Shown here piece by piece: positions 19,614-29,285 of a stretch of 64,000 nt of DNA; the first letter of the stretch is position 1; each line of letters begins with the position of its first letter. A program made the translations under genes and the position numbers. The stretch spans positions 3,200,001-3,264,000 of the forward strand of contig OY759316.1 in NCBI GenBank assembly GCA_963662275.1. The letters run 5' to 3'. The notes beneath the pieces are model-generated. The model was not told where the DNA came from and did not search any database. It was given only the letters and a program-made list of their open reading frames with translations. The stretch is from Candidatus Cloacimonadales bacterium. GTDB lineage: Bacteria; Cloacimonadota; Cloacimonadia; Cloacimonadales; DAONDQ01.

Positions 19614-19706
19614 AATTCCGATACTGATGATATGGTGATATAACTTGTATCGCGACTTTGGATTCAGCAAGTATGGCATTTATTTAATATGGAAACTTTG
19701 AGGTAA

Positions 19707-20426
19707 ATGATGGCGTATAATCTTAATATAATAATTCCTGTTTATAATGAAGGTGAATTAATCGTCAAAACCATTAACGAGATTGAGAAATGTGTCAAAA
19801 CTTCGCATAATATCATCATCGTCTATGACATGGATGAAGATACATCAATTTCTTCGATCAAGCAAAGCAGCATTGATACCTTAAATATCAAACTAGTTAA
19901 AAATAAGTTTGGAAGAGGAGGTTTAAATGCTTTGAAATCCGGGTTTGATGAAATTGATGCCCCAGTTTTTATAGTCCTCATGGCTGACTTGGCAGACGAT
20001 ATTACTCAGATCGATAAGATGTATTTAATTCTATCAGAAGGTTTTGACGTAGTATGCGGATCAAGATATGTTCGTGGCGGTATGCAAATTGGTGGTGGCA
20101 GATTAAAAAAAACACTGTCACGATTGGCTGGTATCTCGCTTCATTATCTTATAGGTATTCCCACTCATGATATATCCAACAGTTTCAAGATGTATCGTTC
20201 TGAGGTGTTGCGAAGTATTAAGCTTGAAAGTTCAGCCGGATTCGAAATCATGATGGAGCTAATCATAAAAGCATATCTGAAAGGGTATAAAATATCTGAG
20301 ATACCTTCTACCTGGAAAGATAGAACTAGTGGCGACTCCAGATTCGATCTGCGTAAATGGTTGAAGCATTATATCAAATGGTATATTTATGCTATAAAAG
20401 GCAAATATTTTGGAGTGCAATCCTGA
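19707..20426 (+). CDS. GT2 polyprenyl-phosphate glycosyltransferase (DPM1/GtrB-like)
   Basis: IIIPVYNEG, MADLADD, VCGSRY, DISNSFKMYR, DRTSGDS. Confidence 0.9.
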   Translation: MMAYNLNIIIPVYNEGELIVKTINEIEKCVKTSHNIIIVYDMDEDTSISSIKQSSIDTLNIKLVKNKFGRGGLNALKSGFDEIDAPVFIVLMADLADDITQIDKMYLILSEGFDVVCGSRYVRGGMQIGGGRLKKTLSRLAGISLHYLIGIPTHDISNSFKMYRSEVLRSIKLESSAGFEIMMELIIKAYLKGYKISEIPSTWKDRTSGDSRFDLRKWLKHYIKWYIYAIKGKYFGVQS

Positions 20427-20505
20427 AGTAGTTCACAGATAATTCTGAGGATAGCATCATAGTAACATTGGGATGTATAGCTGTTTAAAGGAAATGTGAG
20501 AAATT

Positions 20506-22212
20506 ATGTCTAATACGAGCATTATATATATATTCGTTTTTGCTGCTGTTGTATTATCAATGGCGATATTTCTCTGGAGTTTTGATAAAGGATTCGATCT
20601 GACTGATGGAGGGTATTATGTATTGAGATATCAGCAAAACCAACCAATTGAACCAAGTAATTATTTATTTGACCATGTTTTAGTTAAAGCCATAATTCCA
20701 CCTTCCATGCGCTCAATTGAATCCTTACGGTATCTGGGATTATTGTTAAACATAATAAGCACGGCACTTTTTGCTTATGCAATATCCAAATTTTACAAAA
20801 AAATTCATGGTCATAAGATTAACCTTGCCTCATTGATATTAATGATGTTAGCTGGATTTGTATTATCTTATGCTGGAACGCCAAGCGACTTATCTTACAA
20901 TTCTTTAAATCAGTTCTTTCTGATCAGTGCTGTTGCTTTTCTCATTCTTTCTTTCCTTGAAGAAGGTTTCTTATCATTAGCCTTAGTATCTTTGACAGGA
21001 GTTGTTTGTAGCTTTCAATATCTAACCAAGCCAACATCTGGATTTTTAATGAGTTTGATCGGTGGATTAGTCTTATTATTATCCGGAAAGCCCCGCTGGT
21101 ACCGGATTTTATTCTTCTGGGGATCAAGCTTAATCGCATTGCTCCTTTTAAGCATATTACTTAAGCCAAATTTCATTGTTTATTATTATAATGCATATCA
21201 TAATGTGATTGCGGGGAATAGTCATAGTTTAAGGATGCTGATTAATTCAATTATAAATGCAGTTTTGTTGAATATTGAGGTATTTGAATTATCGCTAATT
21301 ATTGCCACAGTATTTTGGTTATCGTACCTGATACGTAATCAAAAAGTACTTTCTCGGATTTGTTGGTGGGCAGGAATATCTTTGATCATGCTCATATATG
21401 GTGTGCAAGTAATGCATCATATGCGTGGTAAAATGGTATATTCAGCGTTTCTTATTATGACCATAATATTAATGTTCATGAGTTGGCTGCTTCAATATGT
21501 AAAACCCCATTACTGCAAATCATACATAGGTTTTGCATTAAAGCCATATTACCGCTATATACCACTATTTCTGTTGCTATATATTATCCCTTATATTGGC
21601 GCATTTGGTTCTGATAACTCACTTGACTGGGGAGCCAAGTTCTACAATACATCATTTATGGGCTTGATTGTTCTATTAATGCCCTTCCAAAGACAAAAAC
21701 TAATCAAAGCAGCATTGATCTGTTTTTCGTTTTATTTAATTACCATTGGTCTGTTTCAATACGTACAATTCCCCTATAGATCCAGCCCCCTTTATACTCA
21801 AACTGAAAAATATAAAGGCATAAAGTATAATCCAGAGAAATATGTGTTTCTAAAAAAAACTGAAGCTATTTTGGCTAAACACAGGTTTAATCGTAACCAA
21901 GGTATGATTGTGGCTTATCATGAGCCAGGACTTGTTTATTTAATGGGCACTTTCCATCCTGGTGGTATCCTTTGGTCGGAACCTTTTCAACGGGGGTATT
22001 TCGAGAATCTCAAAAGAAGCACGCTTACATATAAACCAGTAATATTTGCCTTTGGAAATGAGCCTGGCAAGGAGTTCCAAACCAGCTTTAAGCGAGCAAC
22101 TGGATTGGATTTTCAAAAGGACTACAGGATAATAGAAACATATAAATCTTATGATGGAATAACACCGGTATATATATATTTCCCTTACTCTTCGGAAATG
22201 CCTTTGCTTTGA
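20506..22212 (+). CDS. Polytopic membrane protein, probable GT-C (GtrC-like) glycosyltransferase
   Basis: More than ten hydrophobic segments; GFDLTDGGYY after TM1; follows the GtrA and GT2 genes. Confidence 0.6.
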   Translation: MSNTSIIYIFVFAAVVLSMAIFLWSFDKGFDLTDGGYYVLRYQQNQPIEPSNYLFDHVLVKAIIPPSMRSIESLRYLGLLLNIISTALFAYAISKFYKKIHGHKINLASLILMMLAGFVLSYAGTPSDLSYNSLNQFFLISAVAFLILSFLEEGFLSLALVSLTGVVCSFQYLTKPTSGFLMSLIGGLVLLLSGKPRWYRILFFWGSSLIALLLLSILLKPNFIVYYYNAYHNVIAGNSHSLRMLINSIINAVLLNIEVFELSLIIATVFWLSYLIRNQKVLSRICWWAGISLIMLIYGVQVMHHMRGKMVYSAFLIMTIILMFMSWLLQYVKPHYCKSYIGFALKPYYRYIPLFLLLYIIPYIGAFGSDNSLDWGAKFYNTSFMGLIVLLMPFQRQKLIKAALICFSFYLITIGLFQYVQFPYRSSPLYTQTEKYKGIKYNPEKYVFLKKTEAILAKHRFNRNQGMIVAYHEPGLVYLMGTFHPGGILWSEPFQRGYFENLKRSTLTYKPVIFAFGNEPGKEFQTSFKRATGLDFQKDYRIIETYKSYDGITPVYIYFPYSSEMPLL

Positions 22213-22327
22213 TTATTCCGTATCATACTCGCTTTTATCTTAAGATTGTTTGCTCACAGCGAATGACAAAAACCGGCGATTAAATCTAGTTTATGCCTAT
22301 AATGTCTGTTCTTCGTTTGCTTCAATC

Positions 22328-22909
22328 TTATTTATTGATGAGGGGTTTACCAAAAGGTAATACAACTCTGCCAGCCTGGTCATTAATGATATTCGCCAAC
22401 ATCATATACATGGCTGCCGCGGCACAGACAATTAACTCATAACCTGCAACAACATTCCATTTAGGATCACCGAAATGACCGATAACTAATAGCATGAAAC
22501 CAAGCAGAAGAAGGAAAATGGTTAGAGACATCGCAGTGTGTATTCTTAATGAAGCTAAAAACATCACAAAAGTATAGATCATCCAGGCAAAAAGGTACCA
22601 GCCAATATCAGTAGTACTTGCCTTATATACTTCGAAGTGATTCAGTAGAAATATTATTCCCAATCCAATCCAGAAACTGCCGTAAGATACAAAAGCACTG
22701 TATCCGAAATTATTGCCCATCTTCTGTTCCTGAAAACCAGCTATCATTTGCGCCAAGCCACCGTAGATCAAACCAACAGCAAGGACAGGACCAATTCCGC
22801 ATAAACCGATGTTATGAAACTGTAAAATCAGAGTTGTCAGGGAGAAACCTGCAAGACCAACGACTGCAGGATTGGCGTATTTTCTTTCTTCCACGTTGAG
22901 CTCCTTCAT
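22328..22909 (-). CDS. Acetate uptake transporter, SatP/YaaH/GPR1 family
   Basis: ANPAVVGLAGF, YGGLAQ and SYGSFW signatures. Confidence 0.92.
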   Translation of the reverse strand: MKELNVEERKYANPAVVGLAGFSLTTLILQFHNIGLCGIGPVLAVGLIYGGLAQMIAGFQEQKMGNNFGYSAFVSYGSFWIGLGIIFLLNHFEVYKASTTDIGWYLFAWMIYTFVMFLASLRIHTAMSLTIFLLLLGFMLLVIGHFGDPKWNVVAGYELIVCAAAAMYMMLANIINDQAGRVVLPFGKPLINK

Positions 22910-22917
22910 TATTTTTT

Positions 22918-23631
22918 TTAGCGACTATTGATCAGCATTTTCATCGTACGAACGGATTCAGCGAGACCACTGAAAACAGCACGTGAAATGATACTGTGAC
23001 CTATATTGTATTCTTCGATTATCTGTAATTGAACCAATTGAACGATATTCTGATAATTAATTCCATGCCCGGCAATCACACGCATATTGGCTGCACGTAT
23101 GACTTTGCAAGCTTTTTCAATGCGTTTCAGTTCTTCAGCAACTTCCTTTGCATTCTTCGCATTCGCATACCTGCCTGTATGAATTTCAACTGCATTTGCT
23201 TTATAGCGATCTGCCAGCTTAATCATATCAAGATCAGGCTCAATAAATACAGATACTTCAATCCCAGCAGCTTGCAGGTCTGCAATTACGTCTTCAAATC
23301 GCCGAGAAGAAATATCCAACCCACCTTCAGTAGTAATTTCTTCACGTTTTTCCGGAACTAAAGTAACAATATGAGGTATAAGATTTTTGGCGATTGTCAC
23401 CATTTCCGGTGTTGCTGCCATTTCCAGGTTCAAGCGAGTCTGAATAGTATCTTTCAGTATTTTGATATCTCTATATTGGATATGCCGACGGTCTTCTCGA
23501 AGATGAACTGTGATTTGGTCTGCCCCATTCTGCTCTGCAATGAATGCTGCATAAACAGGATCAGGCTCTATTCCTAATCTTGCCTGTCTAATTGTAGCTA
23601 TGTGATCTATATTGATACCCAATTCAGCCAT
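22918..23631 (-). CDS. pdxJ: Pyridoxine 5'-phosphate synthase
   Basis: LGINIDHIATIRQAR, HLREDRRHI, LVPEKREEITTEGG, AGHG, NIGHSII. ATG 23631 follows GGAGGAG. Confidence 0.97.
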   Translation of the reverse strand: MAELGINIDHIATIRQARLGIEPDPVYAAFIAEQNGADQITVHLREDRRHIQYRDIKILKDTIQTRLNLEMAATPEMVTIAKNLIPHIVTLVPEKREEITTEGGLDISSRRFEDVIADLQAAGIEVSVFIEPDLDMIKLADRYKANAVEIHTGRYANAKNAKEVAEELKRIEKACKVIRAANMRVIAGHGINYQNIVQLVQLQIIEEYNIGHSIISRAVFSGLAESVRTMKMLINSR

Positions 23632-23653
23632 ATTGACTCCTCCATAAAAACTA

Positions 23654-23677
23654 ACAGCCGTCCAGGGAACGGCTGTC
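23654..23677 (-). terminator. Hairpin downstream of the tRNA
   Basis: ACAGCCGT...ACGGCTGT stem, followed on the minus strand by TAGTTTTT. Confidence 0.55.
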
Positions 23678-23682
23678 AATTA

Positions 23683-23770
23683 TGGTGCAGAAAGCGGGAC
23701 TTGAACCCGCACGCCCTTAACAGGCACAAGATCCTTAGTCTTGCGTGTCTGCCAATTCCACCACTTCTGC
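23683..23770 (-). tRNA. tRNA-Leu, anticodon AAG, CCA encoded
   Basis: Minus strand GCAGAAGTGGTGGAATTGGCAGACACG-CAAGA-CTAAGGA-TCTTG, long variable arm, GCGGGTTCAAGTCCCGC-TTTCTGCACCA. Lies directly after secG. Confidence 0.95.
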
Positions 23771-23778
23771 GCGAAAGT

Positions 23779-24099
23779 TTATTTCTTAACTGGAGCAGGT
23801 TTAGTAGTCTGCTTCAGTTCCTTGAATAGCTTGCTTTTTTGTTGATTGCTACTATTTCCGGTTAAATTCGAATGCTTCACTGTCAGAGCCAATATGATGC
23901 AGGAGCATAGAAATGCAGCACCAAAGATCTGAGTCCATTTTTTTAAAGCAGCGGAACCACCTGAACCACCCAGAACATTCTGAGCTGCTCCGCCAAGGTT
24001 GCTATCCAGTCCGCCTTTTGAGCTTTGTGACAAGATAATAAGTATAAGAATCACTGCGATCGCTACGTGTATCAAGAGTAATGTATAAAACAGTAACAT
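23779..24099 (-). CDS. secG: Preprotein translocase subunit SecG
   Basis: Two TM segments, ILSQSSKGG and a Gly-rich loop; followed by tRNA-Leu. Confidence 0.93.
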   Translation of the reverse strand: MLLFYTLLLIHVAIAVILILIILSQSSKGGLDSNLGGAAQNVLGGSGGSAALKKWTQIFGAAFLCSCIILALTVKHSNLTGNSSNQQKSKLFKELKQTTKPAPVKK

Positions 24100-24290
24100 T
24101 GCTTCTCCAACGTTATTTATTGTGCTTTTTTATTTGGTGCCTGCATATTGTCAATGAAAATTCAGATTTGTATATAAATCGTAAGATACAAGGTCAACAT
24201 TTCCCCTGCTGGCAGTTCAATTGCCAGTAGGAGTGATAGACAATAGACTTCAACTCAAGACTAATCTATATAACAAGTTACGTTTGGAAA

Positions 24291-24328
24291 AAAACAAAGC
24301 CTGTGGTTTCAATCACAGGCTTTTGTTT
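24291..24328. terminator. Intrinsic terminator, probably bidirectional
   Basis: AAAACAAAGCCTGTG...CACAGGCTTTTGTTT. Confidence 0.7.
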
Positions 24329-24413
24329 CGTGTTCTATTTCTTCGTTATCCGCGAAATCACTTCAGACGAAATATTAATTTGGACAGACGCATGATCTAT
24401 CCATTTAAAACAC

Positions 24414-27400
24414 TTATTTCAACATCAGCATTTTCTTCGTCAGGCATTTATCATTGGCGTTTAGACGATAATAATAAACACCACTGGCACAGGATTTTCC
24501 TCCATCGTCCTTCCCATCCCAAACGATACTATGTGTTCCCATAACCTGTTCCGTGTTGACGAGGTTTTTAACCACTTGCCCTTTGATATTAAATATGGAA
24601 AGAGTTACTTTTCCATCTTTAGGCATTTGATAGGATATCGTTGTATTGGGATTGAATGGATTAGGGTAATTTTGTGCAAGTAAGGTTTCAGTGATAATTG
24701 GTAGGATGCTATTTACATCTGATATTGTAATATAGTAGTATGGAGTGTTACCTTTTGTAGATGCCAGAGATTTATCATTTAAAGTATAAGTCTTCCTATT
24801 ATCAAACGCTGATTTAGTATTATAGTAGAATACTAAATGTGAATTTTCAGGTGTGATAACTTCTTCTGCATCCAGATAGGCACAGATTTGTACCAGGCTA
24901 TCAATAACAACACTTGCACCTTTACATACATCATTTACATAGAGACCAATTTCTGAAGGCTTCAAACCATTATTGGTAGTATTCAACTGAATATAAAGAG
25001 GAGTATAATCATCTTTTTCAGTAAATACAAAATTCTGAGGAATTGCTACTTTTTTCGGATCAACTGGCTGATCATTATTCCATGAAAAACTACAATTATG
25101 ATCAGCTTTAAGAATAACCATATCCTCATAATTAAGAACTGGTCTTCCACCAATATTACAAATCCAATTTCCATGAACATCTTTATCCAGGCACCAGTAT
25201 TGTGCCTTAATCTGTACCAGACGATCTGTAATTGCAGAAAGGGCAACTAAAGGATCAACACTCTCATGGCAGAAGTATCCAACCCAATTTTCTTCAAAAT
25301 TTCCTTCCAAATTTATTACGGTATGAGGACTCTGTATATAACCGGATGTAGGATTATAAACCGATCTTGATGGGGCAGTTAGAAATATTTTGTATCCTTG
25401 CATGCTATTGACGATCTCATTCCCATTGACTAGTGTTTCACCACTCCAGTATATGGATCGTTCTCTTTCAAACATGGGTTTATAGGATATCCGATCAAGC
25501 AATGCTTGATTTTTTACAATAGGACCAAAGAATTTACCATTAACTGTGTAGGAAGAAGTAATCCTATCCAGTACAGGGAAACTCATCCATTTGATCCCCC
25601 TGCCATCACCACCACTCACAAAGTCATAATTTTCATAATCATGAGTTATCGCTAACCTGCCACCGATGTCTGATGGTGATCCATCATCATCAAATATCGT
25701 TTGATCACCCTTATCTATACAAATCGATTTGATCGTTGTATTCCAGATAGGATCATATGTTGCTGATAAATTAGGATTCGAAGTGCTGTTTGTTGTTGGC
25801 AAAACATAATTTGTATTCTCGTCATTCATTAGCTTCGTGTTATACAATATATTGTAAGTGAATGTTGCAGGAGCATACATACTATATGCTACACGACCAC
25901 CATTTAGTAAGGCATTGCTAAATACGTTATTTTTAACAGTTACTCCCTGGTTAGTATATCGGAAAATACGAATAGCCCATTTTGCTAAATTGTTAAAAAT
26001 CGTATTATTCTGATACAACATAGGAGCAATTCCAGTTCCCTGAGAACAGGATTGTAAAAACACCGAAGGATCCGTATTCGTTCCATTTGGAGTGTAATTA
26101 TTGACGAATAAATTCCATTTTATGCTAATCTGCTTTGCATCAAATACTTTCAATGCATTTCCATCACCACCATAATTATCAGTCAGATTATTGTGACTGA
26201 ACGTAATATTTCCTGCTCCAGTTATCCCAACTGCACCAGAATACTTACCATTATTACTTGAGAATGTGTTATTATCCACCAAGATTTCACTTGATGTTTC
26301 ATTTTTGAGGAATAAAGCTCCATAACCACTATGATCAATTGGATGTAAACCCCACAAAACATTATTTGTGAAAGTTGAATATGTTACTGATCCTGCGCCT
26401 TCAAATTGAATACCTGCCCCATAAATTCCATCCTGTGCTGGATTTCCTCCCAAATTGTAAAAAGAACAGGTTACGATATTTAAAATAATTCTTGGAATTG
26501 TAGTTCCATCATCCAGCGAACAAGTAAATCTTATACCCTGCATGGCACTCGTAAATTTTAGATTCGAAAATATGTATGTGGAAGTCAGCGATGGTAATCC
26601 TTCATAATTGGGGAATGGATTCATAGAAATACAACTTCCAGCATTATCACCATCGATAATCACGTTAGTACCGTTACCTGTAATCGTAAATGAAGGAACA
26701 AAATAATTATCGTTTTCTGTTAGGAAATCAAGATTCAATGACTCTGTATAAGTACCATTCCCAACATAGATTTTTATTGGGCTATGATCATACAATCCAC
26801 TATCAATCAAACTATGAAGATATTCCAAGGCTGCGTTTATCGTTTCAAAACTACCTGTTGAATTAGCTGCAACTATGATTGCATTGTAATTAAACGGGAA
26901 GAGAGTAACTTGTACACCCGTAATTGAATTTGCAACACTTGTAGCTTCATTATAGTCTATATGGACATTCTTGAAGGTTGGCATGCAACCGGATTTCTCG
27001 AAGACTAGTCTGACATCTGCGTCTTGAAGTAGAGTATAAGGAACACTAAATGTTCCATCCGAATTTACATGATTAAAATCTAAGCTAGTAGGCAAGAGAA
27101 TACCGTTCACATAAGCTGAAATAGAAATATTGCTATAATTTGAAGCATGGACATTACCGGATATATAGCATATGGCACGATTATCTACTTTGAATGACCA
27201 ATCAAGAGCACGTTTAAATACATTATGAGTATTATTCTCTGAATAATCAGTATCTAGACAATGAGTCCATCCCCATTCGGGATCAGAGTATGATTGCTTT
27301 AACATGACTTGATCGAAATAGGAATGATCTGTAAGATAATCTTCAGATGTAACTCCCTGAGGAATCTGAATATTCGTATAGTTACTAAAATCCAATTGAT

Positions 27401-28910
27401 TATCAACAACATTCGGATTAGATTTACTCGTTGGTTTTAAATATAATGCTGATCGAGTTGGTGATATAATGGGATCGTAATCGAAGGGAATAATATCGTC
27501 ACTATTGAATCCCGTTGTTGACCCAGGTTGCGTATCATAATCCTCGGAGCCAACATCAAATTCGAAAAGCCCTGGGAAAAAGTAAAATACTAAAAAGCCT
27601 CCGTTGATATTACCAGATCTTGTGAGGCTGCCATTTGAAACAGCAAGACATTTAATGTCATTTTGCTTATATGGGAAACCAGGTCTCAAATTCAAAGGAT
27701 CAGAATTTAATGGAACTGTAGGTGTATCTATATGATCCTCTTCGTTTATTTCAGAAAATAATTTATTCGATTCGTATGTCCCATCAATATACGCTTGATT
27801 CAATTCAGAAGCTCCGGCATATTTATTGGTACGTATGAGTTGCTTTGAGGAAAATGAATTTATTCCTTGCTTTACGATACCGGTCGCTTTCAATAATTGA
27901 TTAGCGAGGGTACCATGATGTTCAAAAGCAGCCCATCCTGCCAAATTTAACGTATGATTAATATCGTCATTCTTCTGTTGAAGTTTTGCATTGAGTAATG
28001 AACCACGCTGAGGACTATCTATTGCAATATATTGTGAACAATAGTGAAGGAGATTATGCTCTTCAGCGAAAGCTAAGGCATATCTTGAGACTATACCACC
28101 CAAAGAAAATCCAGCAACTACTGTTCCTTCCGTTTTATGACCTGCATACGTGGAATGAACGTATTGCATCGCCATAAGGGTTGACATCGCATTTTGACGT
28201 ACGTCTCTTCGGCAATCTCTAAACATGAGAAGATAAATATCTTTCCCACTTAAATCCATATTCAGATGAGTCAGATGTTCTTCCCAATACGTAAATCGGC
28301 TTTTACTATTGACTGGGTCATCTCCATCAACAAAAAGCACTGGTTGGTTTATACCATTGAGAGTGAAATTATTCTGGAGATGATATAATTCATCACCATT
28401 TGGATTCTGATATACCGTATTTGTCGGAACGATTGAAAATTGCATCTTTTCTGATGCTGGAAAATCCCAAGCATCAGCGATTTCATCACCAAGTATATTA
28501 TTAACAGAAAACTCAAAATAATGCAAACCAAAACTTAGGTCCTGAATTGTATATACATTATGCAGATAAGCTCCTGCCAAGTTAAATATGAGATTGTGAG
28601 TTTCTCCTCCATCGATCTTCAGTTTGATGAGATAATTTCCATTGGCTAATCCAGAAGGTTTACCGATCTTAAAATCAACATCAACAGTCGATGTTATCGG
28701 AAGGCTAGAATTTACATAATGATTGTAATTACAGATCCCTAGGCAATCGGTTCCATCCAAATTCACTCCCAAAAAGTCATAATTAACTATACTGAATGTA
28801 CCGAGAGGCTCGGGAGGATAAACGACATCAACACCATTGGGACTAATATAAGTTTCCGCAAATAAGGTAGAAAAAAAGATTAGGCAAAAGAGAAGGAAAA
28901 TGTGTCTCAT
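24414..28910 (-). CDS. Large secreted protein: alpha/beta-hydrolase, beta-helix region and FlgD-Ig/T9SS tail
   Basis: Nucleophile elbow GFSLGG, IDSPQRG, Asn-rich beta-helix repeats, NYPNPFNP...KKMLMLK. Confidence 0.82.
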   Translation of the reverse strand: MRHIFLLFCLIFFSTLFAETYISPNGVDVVYPPEPLGTFSIVNYDFLGVNLDGTDCLGICNYNHYVNSSLPITSTVDVDFKIGKPSGLANGNYLIKLKIDGGETHNLIFNLAGAYLHNVYTIQDLSFGLHYFEFSVNNILGDEIADAWDFPASEKMQFSIVPTNTVYQNPNGDELYHLQNNFTLNGINQPVLFVDGDDPVNSKSRFTYWEEHLTHLNMDLSGKDIYLLMFRDCRRDVRQNAMSTLMAMQYVHSTYAGHKTEGTVVAGFSLGGIVSRYALAFAEEHNLLHYCSQYIAIDSPQRGSLLNAKLQQKNDDINHTLNLAGWAAFEHHGTLANQLLKATGIVKQGINSFSSKQLIRTNKYAGASELNQAYIDGTYESNKLFSEINEEDHIDTPTVPLNSDPLNLRPGFPYKQNDIKCLAVSNGSLTRSGNINGGFLVFYFFPGLFEFDVGSEDYDTQPGSTTGFNSDDIIPFDYDPIISPTRSALYLKPTSKSNPNVVDNQLDFSNYTNIQIPQGVTSEDYLTDHSYFDQVMLKQSYSDPEWGWTHCLDTDYSENNTHNVFKRALDWSFKVDNRAICYISGNVHASNYSNISISAYVNGILLPTSLDFNHVNSDGTFSVPYTLLQDADVRLVFEKSGCMPTFKNVHIDYNEATSVANSITGVQVTLFPFNYNAIIVAANSTGSFETINAALEYLHSLIDSGLYDHSPIKIYVGNGTYTESLNLDFLTENDNYFVPSFTITGNGTNVIIDGDNAGSCISMNPFPNYEGLPSLTSTYIFSNLKFTSAMQGIRFTCSLDDGTTIPRIILNIVTCSFYNLGGNPAQDGIYGAGIQFEGAGSVTYSTFTNNVLWGLHPIDHSGYGALFLKNETSSEILVDNNTFSSNNGKYSGAVGITGAGNITFSHNNLTDNYGGDGNALKVFDAKQISIKWNLFVNNYTPNGTNTDPSVFLQSCSQGTGIAPMLYQNNTIFNNLAKWAIRIFRYTNQGVTVKNNVFSNALLNGGRVAYSMYAPATFTYNILYNTKLMNDENTNYVLPTTNSTSNPNLSATYDPIWNTTIKSICIDKGDQTIFDDDGSPSDIGGRLAITHDYENYDFVSGGDGRGIKWMSFPVLDRITSSYTVNGKFFGPIVKNQALLDRISYKPMFERERSIYWSGETLVNGNEIVNSMQGYKIFLTAPSRSVYNPTSGYIQSPHTVINLEGNFEENWVGYFCHESVDPLVALSAITDRLVQIKAQYWCLDKDVHGNWICNIGGRPVLNYEDMVILKADHNCSFSWNNDQPVDPKKVAIPQNFVFTEKDDYTPLYIQLNTTNNGLKPSEIGLYVNDVCKGASVVIDSLVQICAYLDAEEVITPENSHLVFYYNTKSAFDNRKTYTLNDKSLASTKGNTPYYYITISDVNSILPIITETLLAQNYPNPFNPNTTISYQMPKDGKVTLSIFNIKGQVVKNLVNTEQVMGTHSIVWDGKDDGGKSCASGVYYYRLNANDKCLTKKMLMLK

Positions 28911-29285
28911 GTTTACTCCATTCATTACTCTAAAGTGAGAAATTTGTGATCATCAATACGAGGATCGGTTACTTTTGACGTTAAATTTTTGAACGCACTA
29001 ATCCCTATATGATATAAGTGGAATTATCGATGGTTGTTAGTGGACAGGATGAATTTAACTGATTGAATGATAATTAAATAAATTTATTGAATTGAGTTAT
29101 TTAACTTACGTTTATATTTAACATATAACTAAAGTGAATATTGAAATGAAGAGAAGTGAAGAGTAGAATTGAAAGACGAATAACAATAAAGTCGTTCAGT
29201 TCGAACGTCTGTCAATCAGTTTGTCAATCTACTGGGGTTTCTTGTTATTGTTAATTATTGGATATTACGATAACTTGTCCTTCAT

